A stretch of 64,000 nt of DNA, from the NCBI RefSeq assembly GCF_004010195.1, contig NC_057719.1:7907280-7971279 (forward strand). Direction: 5' to 3'. The position numbers and the translations under genes are program-made. Numbering within the stretch: the first letter of the stretch is position 1; every line of letters begins with the position of its first letter. This document shows positions 62,575 through 64,000 of this stretch, piece by piece. The notes beneath the pieces were generated by a model. It had not been told where the DNA came from. It searched no databases and saw nothing but the letters and a program-made list of their open reading frames with translations. Source of the DNA: Chiloscyllium plagiosum. Taxonomy: Eukaryota.

Positions 62575-63975
62575 AATGATTTAGATAACAGAACTAAATG
62601 TAATACCTCCGAGTTTGCAAATGACACAAAGCTGGCTGAGAGGATAAACTATAAAGAGGTTGCAGAGATGCTTCAGTGTGATTTGGAAAAGTTGAGCGAT
62701 TGGGCAAGTGCATGGCGGCTGAAGTCTAATGTGGATAAATATGAAGTTATCCACTTTGGTAGCAAAATTAGGAGGGCAGATTATGATCTAAATGGCGATA
62801 GATTGGGAAATAGGGTGGTGTAATGAGAGTTGGATTTCCTTTTACACCAGTCACTAAAAGTAAGCATGCAGGTGCAACAGGTGGTAATGAAGGCAAATGA
62901 TAGCCGTCATGGCATGAGGATTTGAGTACAGGAACAGGGATGTCTTGTTGCAGTATTACAGGTGAGACCACACCTTGAGTATTATGTGCAGTTTTGGCCC
63001 CCTTATCTGTGGTGGATGTTCTGGCAATGGAGAGAGTGCCAGACTGATTCCTGAGGTGGCAGGACGGATGTGTGAACTGTGACTGGATCAGATAGGACTG
63101 ATGTTCACTGAAGGTTAGAAGAATTATGGTATCTCAGAAATCTAAAACATTAAAACAGGACTAGACAGGGAAAACTCAGGAAGGATATGCCAGATGACAG
63201 TAGAGTCCAGAATTAGGGATCACAGTCTAAGGATACAGGGTAGACCATTTAAAACAGGCATAAGAAATTTCTTCACCCACAGAGTAATGAGCCTGTGGAA
63301 ATCTCTGCCATATAAAGTGGTTGAGGCCAAAGTATTGATTTAGTTTGATTTCTTGTTGTCACATGCATCTATGTACAGTGAAAAGTTTTGTTTTGTAAGC
63401 AGAAGAGGTGGACCATAACATGCAAGGACATACAGCTCATAGGGTGTTTAGGTAGAGTGAGGCATACAGGGTTATTGCTGCACAGGAGGTGCCCAAAAAC
63501 AAGATCAACATTAGATTTGAAATTAGAGAGGTCCATTCAACAGTCTAATAACAGCTGGGATGAAGCGGTTCTTGAACCTGTTTGTGCGTGTGTTTCAACT
63601 TCTATAACTTCTGCACATATTACTGGGGTGGGAGGGATCTTTGATAATGATAATGTTAACCGCCTTTCTGCAGTAATGTGAATGCTTTCAACATATGGAT
63701 GTACTCCACAACCACCTGATGAAGGAGCAGCGCTCTGAAAGCTAGTGCTTCCAATTAAACCTGTTGGACTATAACCTGGTGTTGAGATTTTTAGCATTCA
63801 AGAAGGTAATAGAGTTCGTGCTTGGAGCTAAAAGGATCAAAAGTTATTGCGGGTTGCGGGGGGGATGGAGTGAGATAGAGTACTGAGTTGGATGATCAGC
63901 CATTATCATACTGAATGGCATAGCAGGCATATAAGGTTGAATGGCCTACTCCTGCTTTTTTCTATGTTTCTACGT
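62575..63975 (+). mobile_element. Decayed CR1-group LINE interrupted at about 63336-63796 by another non-LTR fragment (Rex1/Babar-like, uncertain) and a PLE pLTR piece
   Basis: Degenerate FANDTK, HLEYYVQFW and RVMSLW segments are present. The 3' UTR gatcagccattatcatactgaatgg...ctatgtttcta lies at about 63890-63975. Confidence 0.75.
63713..63747 (+). ncRNA. Minimal hammerhead ribozyme motif in a family-B PLE fragment (about 63705-63795)
   Basis: The sequence reads cac-CTGATGA-a-GGAGC-agc-GCTCT-GAAAG-CTA-gtg. Stem I is cac/gtg, stem II has one G-U pair, and stem III is the palindromic AG|CT. Confidence 0.7.
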
Positions 63976-64000
63976 TTCCTGGTTAATAGGCAGGAGACAA

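Overview
Repeat-dense eukaryotic DNA, almost certainly from a shark or other elasmobranch, judged by HE1/V-SINEs with (ATCTA)n-like tails, HER1/CR1-group LINEs and a DeuSINE remnant. The only host coding sequence I can support is two phase-0 exons on + (36677-37678, 1002 bp; 39778-39942, 165 bp). They encode a long coiled coil that I recognise from memory as CEP128, so the rest of the window is probably CEP128 intron. That intronic DNA holds many decayed CR1-group/L2-like LINE fragments and several SINE families. It also holds one hAT (Buster/GTF2IRD2-like) transposon with intact ends and a perfect 8-bp TSD, a probable solo LTR, and at least three families of Penelope-like elements (PLEs) carrying minimal hammerhead-ribozyme motifs. 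Five of the PLE insertions are fold-back (inverted-repeat) structures. Three observations stand out. First, a perfect 95-bp PLE hairpin has a loop that exactly copies DNA about 570 bp upstream. Second, a short tRNA-like SINE forms head-to-tail arrays. Third, at one site two such monomers sit between three copies of the same 13-nt target. I found no evidence of a new protein-coding system. There are three assembly gaps (40846-41604, 45313-45756, 48649-48767). Repeat boundaries are approximate unless a TSD is quoted, and family names come from recall, not from database searches.
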